Counted from the stretch's first letter, positions 38,324-49,734 are shown. The stretch: DNA of 64,000 nt from Candidatus Fimenecus sp. (GCA_045579305.1 JAZNLY010000056.1:29102-93101), one strand, 5' to 3'. A program made the numbers and translations. The notes: a model not told the origin generated them from the letters alone.

Positions 38324-39587
38324 TCACCCTTTTTATATCCGCACCCAATAGACCAAGTACTTTTTCCGGTTCCTCATATCCTCTGTCGATATGGTGAATT
38401 TCGGATATTTCCGTTATTCCGTTGGCACATAAGCCAGCAAGAATCATAGCAGAGCCACCACGCAAATCAGTAGCTTTAACATTGGCACCATTAAGGGATT
38501 TCACGCCTTCTACAACTGCCATTCTTCCCTCGGCACTGATTTTTGCACCGAATCGTAAAAGCTCGCCGATATGCTTGAACCGACTTTCAAATATATTTTC
38601 TATAAAGACACTGGTACCCTCAGCAATAGTTGTCAGAGCCATCATCTGTGCCTGAACATCTGTGGGAAATCCCGGATGTGGCATTGTACGAATCATTCTT
38701 ATTCTTTTAAGATGTGAGGGAGATTCTATTGAGACATTTCTTCCATTCACATTTATCTTACATCCTGATTCCCGCAAAGGTTGGATAATCGGTCCTATAT
38801 GTGATGGAACTATATCCTTAAGACATATTTTTCCACCTGTCATAGCAGCAGCTATCATATAGGTGGACGCTACTATTCTGTCAGGAATCACTGTATGTTC
38901 AACACCATTTAATGAAGTTACACCTTCTATGGTTATTGTACTGTCACCTGCACCGTGAATTTTTGCTCCACAAGCGTTAAGAAAACTTGCCATATCCCTT
39001 ATTTCCGGCTCACGTGCAGCATTTGAAATTATGGTAACTCCTTTGGCAAGAGTTGCTGTAAGAATTATATTTTCCGTAGCACCAACACTTGGAAAAGAAA
39101 GGATTATCCTTGTACCGATAAGACCCTTTTCCTTTGCAGAACAATCAATCAAACCGTTTTCTGTTGTAACTTTTGCACTGAATTGTTCCATAGCGGAAAG
39201 ATGCAAATCAATTGGTCTGAGTCCTATTTCGCAACCACCTGGTGCAGACAGAACTGCTCTGCCCATTCGTCCCATTATTCCACCGAGAAACACAATGGAA
39301 GAGCGCATTTCCCTCATGAGATTATCGGGAACATCAAATCTTTCTACATTGGTTGAATTCACAGTTATAGTGTGCCCCTCACGAGTCACAACACAACCGA
39401 GATATTGTAAAATTTTAACTGTTGCATCCACATCAGAAAGATATGGACAATTATGTATAACAGAAATTCCGTTGACCAGCAGAGTTGATACCAGAATTGG
39501 CAAAACACTGTTTTTTGCACCCTGAACTGAAATTTCTCCACTGAGTTTATTTCCGCCTCTGACAATTATCTTATTCAATTTCCACAC
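38298..39587 (-). CDS. murA: UDP-N-acetylglucosamine 1-carboxyvinyltransferase
   Basis: 429 aa. GAKNSVLPIL N-terminus, the PGGCEIG active-site Cys region, GATENI. Confidence 0.95.
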   Translation of the reverse strand: MWKLNKIIVRGGNKLSGEISVQGAKNSVLPILVSTLLVNGISVIHNCPYLSDVDATVKILQYLGCVVTREGHTITVNSTNVERFDVPDNLMREMRSSIVFLGGIMGRMGRAVLSAPGGCEIGLRPIDLHLSAMEQFSAKVTTENGLIDCSAKEKGLIGTRIILSFPSVGATENIILTATLAKGVTIISNAAREPEIRDMASFLNACGAKIHGAGDSTITIEGVTSLNGVEHTVIPDRIVASTYMIAAAMTGGKICLKDIVPSHIGPIIQPLRESGCKINVNGRNVSIESPSHLKRIRMIRTMPHPGFPTDVQAQMMALTTIAEGTSVFIENIFESRFKHIGELLRFGAKISAEGRMAVVEGVKSLNGANVKATDLRGGSAMILAGLCANGITEISEIHHIDRGYEEPEKVLGLLGADIKRVNDDEYSKT

Positions 39588-39655
39588 GCCCTTTATAATA
39601 TGACAAAATACTTTGCGTCACATACTATGCAGTTTGTGGGACTTTTGCTATTTAA

Positions 39656-40777
39656 TTAAAGAGATATAATTATTTTGCAGATTTCAGAAAGAGCATTTAT
39701 CTTGGCATTTCTTCCTGCATTTTCAGAAATCTTTGTAAGTTTTGCCCTGTCATTTTTAAGCTCGAGAATCTTTTGAGCAAGTTGTTTACCATCAAGGTCT
39801 TTTTGCTCAATTAGAATTGCACCGTCATTTTTGGCAAGTGCCATAGCATTATGAAACTGATGATTTTCTGCAACATTTGGCGACGGAACAAGGATTGACG
39901 GCTTTCTGAGTGCTTCAATTTCAGATATAGAACTTGCTCCTGCCCGGCTTATTACAAGGTCACAAGCAGAAAGACAGATATCCATATTGTCGATATATTC
40001 ACGAATTTCAATATTTGTTCCCTTGCCATAAGGGATATTTTTTTCTTTGAGTTTATCTCCCACCCATTTGCCGTATTTACCGGTTGAGTGTAAGAAGCAT
40101 ATATTTTCTTCGCCCTTAAGGATTTCAAGCATTTCAACAACTGCATTATTAATTGCATTTGCACCCAATGAGCCACCCATTGAAAGGACGAGCATATCAT
40201 TATTCTGTAAGCCAAGTGCAGCACGAGAAAAATCTCGGTCAGCTTTTATAATTTCACGTCTTACAGGCAATCCTGTTACAACAGGAGTATTTTTACACTT
40301 CATATATTTTCCTGCTTCAACAGATGTAAGCATTACCTTGTCAACCTTTTTAGCAAGGGCTTTATTTGCCACACCCGGAAAAGCATTTTGCTCATGAATT
40401 GCTGTTTTTATACCCATTTTTGCAGCAGTTTTCAGAACAGGACCTGTTACATATCCACCAAAGCCAACAACCACATCGGGTCTGAATTCCTTGATAATCT
40501 TTTTAGCAACTGAAGATGCCTTTAATGTAAGCCATATTGTTTTTATGTTTTCGATTAAACCTGCAATAGTCTTTTTACGACAGAAGCCGTTCATCTTAAC
40601 AGTTCTGATTTCAAATCCTGCTTTTGGAACGATTTGTGTTTCCATTCTACCTTCTGTTCCTACAAAAAGGATTTCGGCTGATGGGTCAAGTCTTCTGATT
40701 TCAGTCGCCACGGCAACAGCAGGGTTGATATGTCCCCCTGTTCCACCTGCAACAAACATCACTCTCACACTAATCAC
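39656..40777 (-). CDS. murG: Undecaprenyldiphospho-muramoylpentapeptide beta-N-acetylglucosaminyltransferase
   Basis: AGGTGGHINPA motif. 373 aa. Confidence 0.95.
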   Translation of the reverse strand: MISVRVMFVAGGTGGHINPAVAVATEIRRLDPSAEILFVGTEGRMETQIVPKAGFEIRTVKMNGFCRKKTIAGLIENIKTIWLTLKASSVAKKIIKEFRPDVVVGFGGYVTGPVLKTAAKMGIKTAIHEQNAFPGVANKALAKKVDKVMLTSVEAGKYMKCKNTPVVTGLPVRREIIKADRDFSRAALGLQNNDMLVLSMGGSLGANAINNAVVEMLEILKGEENICFLHSTGKYGKWVGDKLKEKNIPYGKGTNIEIREYIDNMDICLSACDLVISRAGASSISEIEALRKPSILVPSPNVAENHQFHNAMALAKNDGAILIEQKDLDGKQLAQKILELKNDRAKLTKISENAGRNAKINALSEICKIIISL

Positions 40778-40801
40778 TCCTTTTCATAATTTTAATATTT
40801 A

Positions 40802-42031
40802 TCAGTCGCGTCGGTTTGCACTTCGAGAAACTGAAAGAACCATTCCCATTTCAGCAAGTAAAATAACAAGTGAAGTACCACCTGCCGAGAAGAACGGAAG
40901 TGAAATACCTGTATTTGGTAACAAATCACTTACAACACCGATGTTGAGGGCTACCTGAATACCAACCTGGAACACAATTCCCATTACAAGTAATGCACTG
41001 AAACGGTCCTTTGCACGCATACCGATTTTAATTCCGCGATATATAAGTAATGCAAATAGAATTATAATTGCAGATGCTCCCACAAAACCTAATTCTTCAC
41101 ATACAATTGCAAAAATAAAGTCATTCTGTGGTTCAGAAACATAAAGATGTTTCTGTTTTGACTGACCAAGTCCAGTTCCTAAAAATCCACCTGAGCCGAT
41201 AGCATAAAGTGAATTATTTGTCTGCCAACGAGCACCCATCGGTGAATAATCCTTATCAAGCCAGGCAACAATTCTTTCACCCGCATATTCCTGAAGGATT
41301 TTCGGATTTAATATTAGCACAATTGCTGCCACTACGATAAGAACAATTCCTATGGCAAACCATTTTTCCCTGACTTCTCCCAACCAGAGCATTGTTATTC
41401 CGAGTGCCAACATAAGTATTGTACCTGAGACGTGATGTTCAAGGTAAACAAGACCTGCAAAAACGAGAATTATTCCACCTAAGCCTATAACTGTTGTAAA
41501 CGACTTATTAATAACGTATTTGCCACCTGTCATCTCATCAATTCTTTTACAAATTCCCATTTCACTGGGTACCTTGCCTGTTATATCCTTATGATATCTT
41601 TCCAGAAGAAGGGCAAGAATCATAATAAGAGCAATTTTTGCAATTTCTGATGGTTGGAATGTTGTGAATCCAAGATTAATCCATCTTTTAAAGCCCGGTT
41701 TGTACTCGGGTAAAAAAAGTACTAACAAAAGGCAACCCAGTGACACAGCAGCCACAAGAAGTGTTATAAGACGGAAATATTCGTATCTGATTTTTGATAT
41801 AAAGAGCATTGCCACAAAGCCTATTACTGCAAATATCAATTGTCGTGTAAAAATCTGTGTACTGCTTCCTCTGTTGTAGTAACTATAAGTGTAGCTTGCA
41901 GAAAACAGCATTATAAGACCGATTGTTACAATTGACATAAGTATTATGAAAAACGGAATATCAATTGAACCCTTTGTAAACAACGAGTTCATAAGAGAAC
42001 TTTTCTTTTTTGCATTTTGTCTTGTTGCCAT
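40802..42031 (-). CDS. ftsW: FtsW/RodA/SpoVE-family peptidoglycan glycosyltransferase
   Basis: 409 aa, ~10 TM segments. SEPQNDFIFA and SAGGTS motifs. Confidence 0.9.
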   Translation of the reverse strand: MATRQNAKKKSSLMNSLFTKGSIDIPFFIILMSIVTIGLIMLFSASYTYSYYNRGSSTQIFTRQLIFAVIGFVAMLFISKIRYEYFRLITLLVAAVSLGCLLLVLFLPEYKPGFKRWINLGFTTFQPSEIAKIALIMILALLLERYHKDITGKVPSEMGICKRIDEMTGGKYVINKSFTTVIGLGGIILVFAGLVYLEHHVSGTILMLALGITMLWLGEVREKWFAIGIVLIVVAAIVLILNPKILQEYAGERIVAWLDKDYSPMGARWQTNNSLYAIGSGGFLGTGLGQSKQKHLYVSEPQNDFIFAIVCEELGFVGASAIIILFALLIYRGIKIGMRAKDRFSALLVMGIVFQVGIQVALNIGVVSDLLPNTGISLPFFSAGGTSLVILLAEMGMVLSVSRSANRRD

Positions 42032-42064
42032 TTTCTCACCACCTGTTTATAAAATTATCTGTGA

Positions 42065-43102
42065 TTATTTATTAATTATTCCATACCAGTAAAGTGCAAG
42101 ACCAATTGCACAGCCTATCATATTTACAAGGCTGAATACTGTTACAATTTTACGTTCTTTCCAGCCACACATCTCAAAGTGATGGTGAATTGGAGCCATT
42201 TTGAAAATTCTTTTTCCGTGTGTAACTTTGAAATATCCTATCTGAATAACGTCTGAAAGTGCTTCAATAACATAGATTATACCGAAAAGCACAAGAATTA
42301 TCGGACAATCAATAGCAAATGCAAGTGCTACAACCATACCACCAAGGAACATTGAGCCTGTGTCACCCATCATAACCTTTGATGGATAGTAGTTCCAGAT
42401 AAGGTAACCTAAGCATCCGCCTGCAAGGCCTGCTGCTAAAATACTTATTCCGAAGAATTTTGTCATAAGAGCTGCGATGCAGAATGAAATTGCTGTAACA
42501 GATGTTACACTTGCGCAAAGTCCGTCAACACCATCAGTGAAGTTAACTGCATTTACTGCGCCATAGATTACACATATTCCGAAAATCCAGAAGAACCATT
42601 TAAGGTCAACTGCGCCCACAAAAGGAATCTGAATGAATGTAAGTCCGTTTGCGTAAAGAGCCACAAGGTAAGCAACAATTATAATTACCTGTGGAATTGT
42701 TTTCTGAATTTCAGTAAGACCAAGATTTCTCTTTTTTACAACCTTGATATAGTCATCAGCAAAGCCTACAAGTCCAAGACCGATTGAAAGAATCACACCG
42801 GCAACAAGTTTTACCTTTAACTGGTCAGGCATTATATGTTCACTTGCGAAAAGGTTGCCACCCATAAGATGGTCAGTTACAAGAACGCAAGCAACAGAAA
42901 CAATTGTACTTACAATAAACATTATACCGCCCATAACAGGTGTACCCTGTTTTGACTTATGCCATGCAGGACCTATATCAAGAATAGTCTGGCCAAATTT
43001 TAACTTCCGAAGCCATGGAATAAGCACAAATCCTGATAAAAATGCGATAATAAAGCTTAAAACTGCCGTTGCACCTAATGCTACATAAATATTCATAACC
43101 AC
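42065..43102 (-). CDS. mraY: Phospho-N-acetylmuramoyl-pentapeptide transferase
   Basis: KxGTPVMGG, NAVNFTDGVDGL and MGDTGS motifs. Confidence 0.97.
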   Translation of the reverse strand: MVMNIYVALGATAVLSFIIAFLSGFVLIPWLRKLKFGQTILDIGPAWHKSKQGTPVMGGIMFIVSTIVSVACVLVTDHLMGGNLFASEHIMPDQLKVKLVAGVILSIGLGLVGFADDYIKVVKKRNLGLTEIQKTIPQVIIIVAYLVALYANGLTFIQIPFVGAVDLKWFFWIFGICVIYGAVNAVNFTDGVDGLCASVTSVTAISFCIAALMTKFFGISILAAGLAGGCLGYLIWNYYPSKVMMGDTGSMFLGGMVVALAFAIDCPIILVLFGIIYVIEALSDVIQIGYFKVTHGKRIFKMAPIHHHFEMCGWKERKIVTVFSLVNMIGCAIGLALYWYGIINK

Positions 43103-43108
43103 AACTCC

Positions 43109-44470
43109 TTATTTAACTTCCCACTGTTCGTATAATTTTTCAAAAACTTCTTCAAGTTTCATCCCACGACTTGCTTTGAATAAAAGTGTGTCGCCATTTT
43201 TTATTTCACTTAAAAGAGACTTAGTAAGTTCAGTTTTATCTGTAAAAGAGAAAACCTGTGTCATTCCTTCGTCTCTTGCAGTATCTGCCATAAATTCTGA
43301 CTGTTTTCCGTATGTATAAAGCGCATCAATTTTACATTCAGCGGCATATTTACCCACATTTCTGTGTGCAGTTTCACTGTAACTACCAAGTTCAAGCATA
43401 TCACCTAAAACTGCAATCTTTCTGCCCTTTGCAATTTTACAAAGTGAGTTAAGACCTGCCTTCTGTGAATCGGGACTTGCGTTGTAACAGTCTTCGATAA
43501 CTGTTATTCCGTTTATCTCTTTGATTCTCTGACGCATACCTGATGGCACATAATTCTTAAGACCTTGGGCAATATTCTCAGGAGAAACTCCATATTCAAG
43601 ACCTACGGCAAACGCTGTCAGAGCATCGTAAACATTGTGGATACCAACCGTCGGAATAGTGATTTTCTGTCTTATATCACCTTTCACTGCAACGAACTCC
43701 GTTGTAAGTCCGATTTCTTTGATTTCTTCGGCCAAAACATCACAATTTTTGTTATCAATACCGAAGAAAACAACTTTATAATCATTTGTTTTAACTGTAC
43801 TGAGTAAATCATTGTCACCATTGAGAAAAAGTGTTGCACCTTTTTCAAGTCCATGAAGAATTTCAAGTTTCGCTTGTAAAATGCCTTCTCTGGAGCCTAA
43901 ATTCTCAATATGGGAAACACCGACATTAGTGATGATAGCACAATCAGGTCTTGCACATTTTGTGAGCACTGTAATCTGACCTGCACCATCCATGCCCATT
44001 TCAATTACGGCGTTTTTTGTTGTTTCATTAAGTCTGAAAAGTGTTCTCGGAACACCGATTTCGTTGTTAAGATTTCCTTCTGTTTTAAGGGTTTCACCTT
44101 TTTGCTCCATAACACAGGCAACCATCTCCTTTGTTGTGGTTTTACCAACACTGCCTGTAAGTCCGATTACAGTAAGACCTTCAATTGAGCATCTGTATTC
44201 ACGTGCAAATTTAAGAAAAGCTTCTTTTGTATCTTCAACATAAATTACAGGAGCTGAACATTCAACTTTCTTATGACAGACAACTGCACCAACACCTTTT
44301 TCTGCCACATCTTTTACAAAATCATGTCCGTCAAAGCGTTCACCTTTGATTGCAAAAAAGAGTGTATTTTCGTCCACATCACGACTGTCGATTGACACAC
44401 GTGTTATTAAATTGTGAGATTCATTTTCAATCCCCAGCATTTTAGCAATTTCTGTCACTTTTAAGTCCAT
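43109..44470 (-). CDS. murF: UDP-N-acetylmuramoyl-tripeptide--D-alanyl-D-alanine ligase
   Basis: GLTGSVGKTTTKE P-loop. Mur ligase domains. Confidence 0.93.
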   Translation of the reverse strand: MDLKVTEIAKMLGIENESHNLITRVSIDSRDVDENTLFFAIKGERFDGHDFVKDVAEKGVGAVVCHKKVECSAPVIYVEDTKEAFLKFAREYRCSIEGLTVIGLTGSVGKTTTKEMVACVMEQKGETLKTEGNLNNEIGVPRTLFRLNETTKNAVIEMGMDGAGQITVLTKCARPDCAIITNVGVSHIENLGSREGILQAKLEILHGLEKGATLFLNGDNDLLSTVKTNDYKVVFFGIDNKNCDVLAEEIKEIGLTTEFVAVKGDIRQKITIPTVGIHNVYDALTAFAVGLEYGVSPENIAQGLKNYVPSGMRQRIKEINGITVIEDCYNASPDSQKAGLNSLCKIAKGRKIAVLGDMLELGSYSETAHRNVGKYAAECKIDALYTYGKQSEFMADTARDEGMTQVFSFTDKTELTKSLLSEIKNGDTLLFKASRGMKLEEVFEKLYEQWEVK

Positions 44471-44472
44471 TT

Positions 44473-45903
44473 TTATCTCCCGAAATATTCGTTTATTATT
44501 TCTCTTTCATCAAAGGGAATTTTATTTTCCCCTATCACCTGATATGTTTCGTGTCCTTTACCTGCTAGGAGAACGATATCCCCTTTTTTTGCTTTTTTCA
44601 ATGCAAATTCGATTGCCTGACGACGATTTTCAATTACAGCGATACGGGCTTTTGACTTTTCCATACCACATAGAATATCGTTAATTATAAGCAAAGGATT
44701 TTCTGTACGTGGATTATCACTTGTGACAACGGCATAATTTGCCAATTCACCTGCAATTTTCCCCATCTCGGCACGTTTTGATTTATCTCTGTCACCACCA
44801 CAACCGAAAACAAGAATTATTCTTCCCGTTGTGATTTCCCGAAGAGAAGAAAGTATATTCTCCAGTCCGTCAGGAGTGTGAGCATAGTCTATCATCACAG
44901 TATAATTCCCGGGTATTTTTACAATTTCTGCCCTGCCCTTTACAGGATTCAGGTTAGAAATTGTCGATGCTATTTTTTCTATCCCGAAACCGAGAGTAAG
45001 TAAAATGCTTATCGCACACAATGTATTATAAACTGTAAATCTACCATACAAATTCGACTGAATCCGACTTATACAATCAAGTCCGACAAATTCATAACGT
45101 ATTCCATTTTCATTACAAACAACATTTTTTGCAGTGTAATCTGCCCTGTCGTAAAGAGCAGAATATGTAATTTTTTTACAGCTTATTCTGTCTATATTCT
45201 TCTGAATCAGTTCGTCATCAATATTGACACAAGCAAATTCCGAGTTATTGAAAAGCTCAAGTTTTGCATTTATGTAATTCTCCATACACCCATGATAATC
45301 AAGGTGTTCAGGAGTTATATTTGTAATCGCCGATGCACAGAAATTGATGCCGTAAACACGTTTTTGACTCAGGGCTTGTGAAGAAACCTCCATAACACAA
45401 TAGTCACAACCTGATTTCACCATTTCACTCAATAGCCTGTGTAATTCCATTGGCTCAGGCGTTGTAAGAACAGATTCTGATTGATTAGACTCCCAGCAAT
45501 TTTTTACAGTACCAATTATACCACATTTAATTCCCATGGAATTGAGAATATCCTTGATAAAAAAGCTTGTGGAAGTTTTACCGTTTGTTCCCGTTACACC
45601 GATTATCTTTAATTTTTCTGACGGATTACCATAAAAATTTGATGCAATAACAGCCAGTGCTTTTCTTGTATCTTCAACTATTATTTGTTGAGAAATACCA
45701 AGATTTCTGTCTGTAACTACTGCAACAGCACCATTTTCAATAGCCTTCATTGCAAGCGAATGACCATCACATCGATTACCATTCACACAGATAAACAGTG
45801 AATTTTCTAAATTTTCATTATCCTTATCCGTTACTCTTTCAACTTCCCTTTCTTCATAAACATCCTGCGTTTTCACACCTTTAAGCAGTGAAGAAAGTTT
45901 CAT
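44473..45903 (-). CDS. murE: UDP-N-acetylmuramoyl-L-alanyl-D-glutamate--2,6-diaminopimelate ligase
   Basis: GVTGTNGKTST P-loop. The DNPR motif (TSDNPRTE) suggests meso-DAP specificity. Confidence 0.92.
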   Translation of the reverse strand: MKLSSLLKGVKTQDVYEEREVERVTDKDNENLENSLFICVNGNRCDGHSLAMKAIENGAVAVVTDRNLGISQQIIVEDTRKALAVIASNFYGNPSEKLKIIGVTGTNGKTSTSFFIKDILNSMGIKCGIIGTVKNCWESNQSESVLTTPEPMELHRLLSEMVKSGCDYCVMEVSSQALSQKRVYGINFCASAITNITPEHLDYHGCMENYINAKLELFNNSEFACVNIDDELIQKNIDRISCKKITYSALYDRADYTAKNVVCNENGIRYEFVGLDCISRIQSNLYGRFTVYNTLCAISILLTLGFGIEKIASTISNLNPVKGRAEIVKIPGNYTVMIDYAHTPDGLENILSSLREITTGRIILVFGCGGDRDKSKRAEMGKIAGELANYAVVTSDNPRTENPLLIINDILCGMEKSKARIAVIENRRQAIEFALKKAKKGDIVLLAGKGHETYQVIGENKIPFDEREIINEYFGR

Positions 45904-45935
45904 TGTTTTACCTCTATTAAATTATTCTTTTTTAT

Positions 45936-48170
45936 TTAGTCTGAAATTATTTCACTTGAACGGAAATAAACGGTAATAACTGAGCCGACCTCTAATTCTG
46001 AATTCTTCGGTGCACTCTGTTTATAAGACAACATCTTGTTTGCACCCTGTGTTGCACCTGCAATCTTGATGTTAAAACCAGCATTTACAGCAATTTTATT
46101 TGCTTCGGTAATTGTAAGACCTGCAAGGTCAGGCACAATTGCTTTCTGTCTTTCTGCGTTTTCCTCTGTATAGACAACAATCACGCCGCCCTTAGGCATT
46201 GTCTGATTAGATGTTGGCATCTGTGAAATTACTGTTTTACCTTCACCTACGATTTTAACTGTGAAACCGTTTGCAAGTGCTTTCACATCAGTCGTTGCTT
46301 TACCGATAAGATTAGGAGCAGTAACTGTTTTATCGTCAAATTCCTTGTCGTTATATTCCGGGTCAACATTGAGATATGCAAGAATATTTTCAAAAATTCT
46401 ACCTGCAACAGGAGCAGCTCCCGAACCACCTGTTGAATAATACTGTGGTTCGTCAAGAGCAATAAGCACTGCTATCTGTGGGTTATTAGCCGGCGCAAAG
46501 CCCGCAAATGACGCGATATTCTGGTCTTTTGCATTAGCACCGATTTTTTCACTTGTACCGGTTTTACCTGCAATATGATAACCTGCCACATAAGCATTTT
46601 TAGCTGTACCCCAAATACACACTTCTTCCATTGCTGCAGTCATTATATCCGCTGTCTTTTCAGAAATAACCTGTCTTTTTACAACCGGCTTAGTTTCTGA
46701 AACAATGTTTCCATCTTCATCAAGGATTTTGGAAACAACATATGGCGTCATGAGCTTACCACCATTGCCCAACGAAGCAACAGCAGTAATCATCTGGATT
46801 GGTGTTACCTGGAATGTCTGTCCGAATGATGCAGAAGAAAGTTCTGCGATACCCATTCTGTCTAATTCGTAATATGATTTTCCTGCAACAGGCTTTGCTT
46901 CTGATGGCAAATCGATTCCTGTTACATCTGTGAATCCAAATGCTTCAAAATACTTGAAGAAAGTTTCTTTTCCCATTCTCTGTCCCATTGTGATAAAGAA
47001 TGTGTTACAGGAGTTAGGTAATGCGTGTAAAACCGTCTGTGTCCCATGGGCTTTATGATTGAAACAATTCTGATAGTAGTTTGCAACCTTGATTGAACCT
47101 GTGCAGTGATATGTTGAATCGGGAGTTATTATGCCTTCTTCAAGTGCTGCTGCAGCAACAAAGAGTTTATAAACTGAACCGGGCTCGTATGTATCTGTTA
47201 TTGTTCTGTTTCTCCACTGTGAGTAGAGCGCATTTGTCTCTGCCTGAGCTTTTTCTTTATCATCCTCTATGGCTGCAATCTCTTTAAGAACAGCATCGGA
47301 ATGAATTTCGTATGGAGTATTAAGATTATAGTCAGGCATTGTTGACATGCCGAGAATCGCACCCGTCTTGACATCCATTACGATACCATATGCATATTTT
47401 GACTGGGTTTCAGCAATTGCCTGGAATAGCTGCTGCTCAAGATAGTACTGAATTACTTCGTCAAGAGTAAGCACAAGGCTGTAGCCCTGTTTTGCATCAA
47501 ACGTTGTTTCATAATCGTTCGGCATATCACCGGCAAGAGCATTTTTTGCAGTGATTATTCTTCCCGCCTCACCTGTAAGCTCATTATTATACTTAAGTTC
47601 AAGTCCTGAACGACCGATATCTTCTGAGCCTGTGAATCCAACAATTGTTGATGCAAATGAACCAAGTGGATAATATCTCTTTGTGTCAGGGTCGATACCA
47701 ACAATTGTACCTAATTTCTGGTCCTTGTGAGCTTCAAGATATTCCTGAAGTTCTTTCTTCTTGTTGTTATCAATTTTACCTATGATTTTTTCATAACCAC
47801 TCTGTTCACGATTAACTTTTTTTGCAACAGTTTCTTCATCAAGTTCAAAAATGTTGACAAAACCATCGACGAGCAAATTCTTTTGTTCATCGGTGGTTAT
47901 TTTTGACGGATTTATATAAACCAACCAGGCTGAAGCACTCTGTGCAATTACCTTCATATTGGAATCATAAATTGTACCTCTGTTCGCAGCGATAACAGTA
48001 TCACTCAACTGATTTCTCTCTGCTTTAAGACGATATTCCTCTCCTTTGATAATCTGAATCCAGAAAAGATTTCCGATTATAACAAGCAATGCGACACAAA
48101 AGATAAGAAATGCATTAAGAGAGCGATTCCCCATTTCTTTTGTAGGCTTTTTATTCTTCATTTCCGTCAC
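45936..48170 (-). CDS. Class B penicillin-binding protein (FtsI/SpoVD type) with two PASTA domains
   Basis: 744 aa. Candidate SxxK (SVYK) and KTGT motifs. Two C-terminal PASTA-like repeats. Confidence 0.92.
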   Translation of the reverse strand: MTEMKNKKPTKEMGNRSLNAFLIFCVALLVIIGNLFWIQIIKGEEYRLKAERNQLSDTVIAANRGTIYDSNMKVIAQSASAWLVYINPSKITTDEQKNLLVDGFVNIFELDEETVAKKVNREQSGYEKIIGKIDNNKKKELQEYLEAHKDQKLGTIVGIDPDTKRYYPLGSFASTIVGFTGSEDIGRSGLELKYNNELTGEAGRIITAKNALAGDMPNDYETTFDAKQGYSLVLTLDEVIQYYLEQQLFQAIAETQSKYAYGIVMDVKTGAILGMSTMPDYNLNTPYEIHSDAVLKEIAAIEDDKEKAQAETNALYSQWRNRTITDTYEPGSVYKLFVAAAALEEGIITPDSTYHCTGSIKVANYYQNCFNHKAHGTQTVLHALPNSCNTFFITMGQRMGKETFFKYFEAFGFTDVTGIDLPSEAKPVAGKSYYELDRMGIAELSSASFGQTFQVTPIQMITAVASLGNGGKLMTPYVVSKILDEDGNIVSETKPVVKRQVISEKTADIMTAAMEEVCIWGTAKNAYVAGYHIAGKTGTSEKIGANAKDQNIASFAGFAPANNPQIAVLIALDEPQYYSTGGSGAAPVAGRIFENILAYLNVDPEYNDKEFDDKTVTAPNLIGKATTDVKALANGFTVKIVGEGKTVISQMPTSNQTMPKGGVIVVYTEENAERQKAIVPDLAGLTITEANKIAVNAGFNIKIAGATQGANKMLSYKQSAPKNSELEVGSVITVYFRSSEIISD

Positions 48171-48264
48171 ACTCCTTGTTCAAGAATTAGTTTTTAATAA
48201 AAACAACGAGAGTTAATGGCATTTTGCCAAAACTCTCCTCTGTTTCAATATAAATATATTATGC

Positions 48265-48801
48265 TTACTTTTCATTTATTACCTGTGGAAGCTCTGTGTT
48301 TTTGCCGTTTGCCTTTGCAACATAATCAGCTTCTGACAAATCAACATAAACAACCTGATGGTCCTCCACCTTAACCATGCCGAGCTCGTTAACTGCATAA
48401 TCTTCCACATTATTAATAGACATTATTGCATTCAATTCGTTATTAATTCTTATTGATTCACTTTTTGCCAATTCCATCTGGTTTTCAACAGAATTAATTT
48501 CACGATTGATTTCATCAAGCTGAATTCGACTGAAAATAGCCAATGCCATAAACAACAAAATAGTAATTGATATAGCCATAACCTTGAATGTTTGCTTTGT
48601 GTTGACAGCTGTTTGCTGACGAACCTGAGCTGCAGTTCTTCTTGTTCTCTGAATAAGTGTGAGGTTCGGCTTTTTCTGTGGTTCAGGTCTGATTTTTGGA
48701 GCCGCAGAACTATTGTAAGCGGCTGTTCTCGGGTTCCTGTTGTAAGTATTATATGTATTGTATGCCGTTCTATTGTATGTGCTTCTGTTCTGCTGAGCCA
48801 T
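48265..48801 (-). CDS. ftsL: FtsL-like septum formation initiator
   Basis: Low-complexity N/T/Y-rich N-terminus, one TM segment, short coiled-coil ectodomain. Lies between rsmH and pbp. Confidence 0.7.
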   Translation of the reverse strand: MAQQNRSTYNRTAYNTYNTYNRNPRTAAYNSSAAPKIRPEPQKKPNLTLIQRTRRTAAQVRQQTAVNTKQTFKVMAISITILLFMALAIFSRIQLDEINREINSVENQMELAKSESIRINNELNAIMSINNVEDYAVNELGMVKVEDHQVVYVDLSEADYVAKANGKNTELPQVINEK

Positions 48802-48813
48802 ATCTCTCTTCCT

Positions 48814-49728
48814 TTACCTTAATTTCTCTATCGTTCGAAGTTTTGCACTCCTGCTTCTGTTATTCACATCAAGTTCCGACTGTTTAGCCGATAAACCTTT
48901 ATTAATTATTTTCCCCTCAGGTGTGTTTCCGCAAACACAAATCGGAAACTCCTTAGGACAAGTGCAACCAATGGTGAATTCACGGAATTTTTCTTTTACC
49001 GTTCTGTCCTCAAGCGAATGGAATGTGATTATTGAAAGTCTTCCACCCACCTTCAGGCTGTGAAACATATCATCCACTGCCTGTGCAAGTGTTGAGAGCT
49101 CTTCATTTACCTCAATTCTTATTGCCTGGAATGTTTTTCTTGCAGGATGTCCATCTCTTTTGTATTTAGCAGGAACTGAATCTTTTATAATCTCTGCAAG
49201 CTCCAATGTGGTTCCGATTTTTTTTGTTTCTCTTGCTTTCACAATATTCTTTGCAATATTTCTTGCGAACTTTTCTTCACCGTATCGGATGATTATATTG
49301 GAAAGCTCTTGTTCGGAGTATCCATTCACCACATCATAAGCACTTTTACCCGCTTTGCTCATTCGCATATCAAGAGGAGCATCGTGGTGGAATGAAAAAC
49401 CTCTTTCAGGAGTATCAAGCTGGAATGAACTGACTCCAAGGTCAGCAAGAATTCCGTCCGCCTGTCTGCCATTTAAAATGTTTTTTATATTGCTGAAATT
49501 ATCGTTGACAATTTCAACCTGTGGCATATTACCGATTCTTTCGGCAATTACCTGAATGGCGTCGGGGTCACGGTCAATAGCAACGAGAACACCGTCCGGG
49601 ATGTGCTCAAGTATAGCTTTTGAATGCCCCGCTCCACCACAGGTACAATCAACGTACAAACCATCTTTTTTAATATTGAGTGATTCTATTGTTTCATCAA
49701 ACAAAACTGAAATGTGTGAAAATTCCAT
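48814..49728 (-). CDS. rsmH: 16S rRNA (cytosine1402-N4)-methyltransferase
   Basis: HISVL..E, DCTCGGAGHS, DLGVSS motifs. Confidence 0.96.
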   Translation of the reverse strand: MEFSHISVLFDETIESLNIKKDGLYVDCTCGGAGHSKAILEHIPDGVLVAIDRDPDAIQVIAERIGNMPQVEIVNDNFSNIKNILNGRQADGILADLGVSSFQLDTPERGFSFHHDAPLDMRMSKAGKSAYDVVNGYSEQELSNIIIRYGEEKFARNIAKNIVKARETKKIGTTLELAEIIKDSVPAKYKRDGHPARKTFQAIRIEVNEELSTLAQAVDDMFHSLKVGGRLSIITFHSLEDRTVKEKFREFTIGCTCPKEFPICVCGNTPEGKIINKGLSAKQSELDVNNRSRSAKLRTIEKLR

Positions 49729-49734
49729 ATTCCA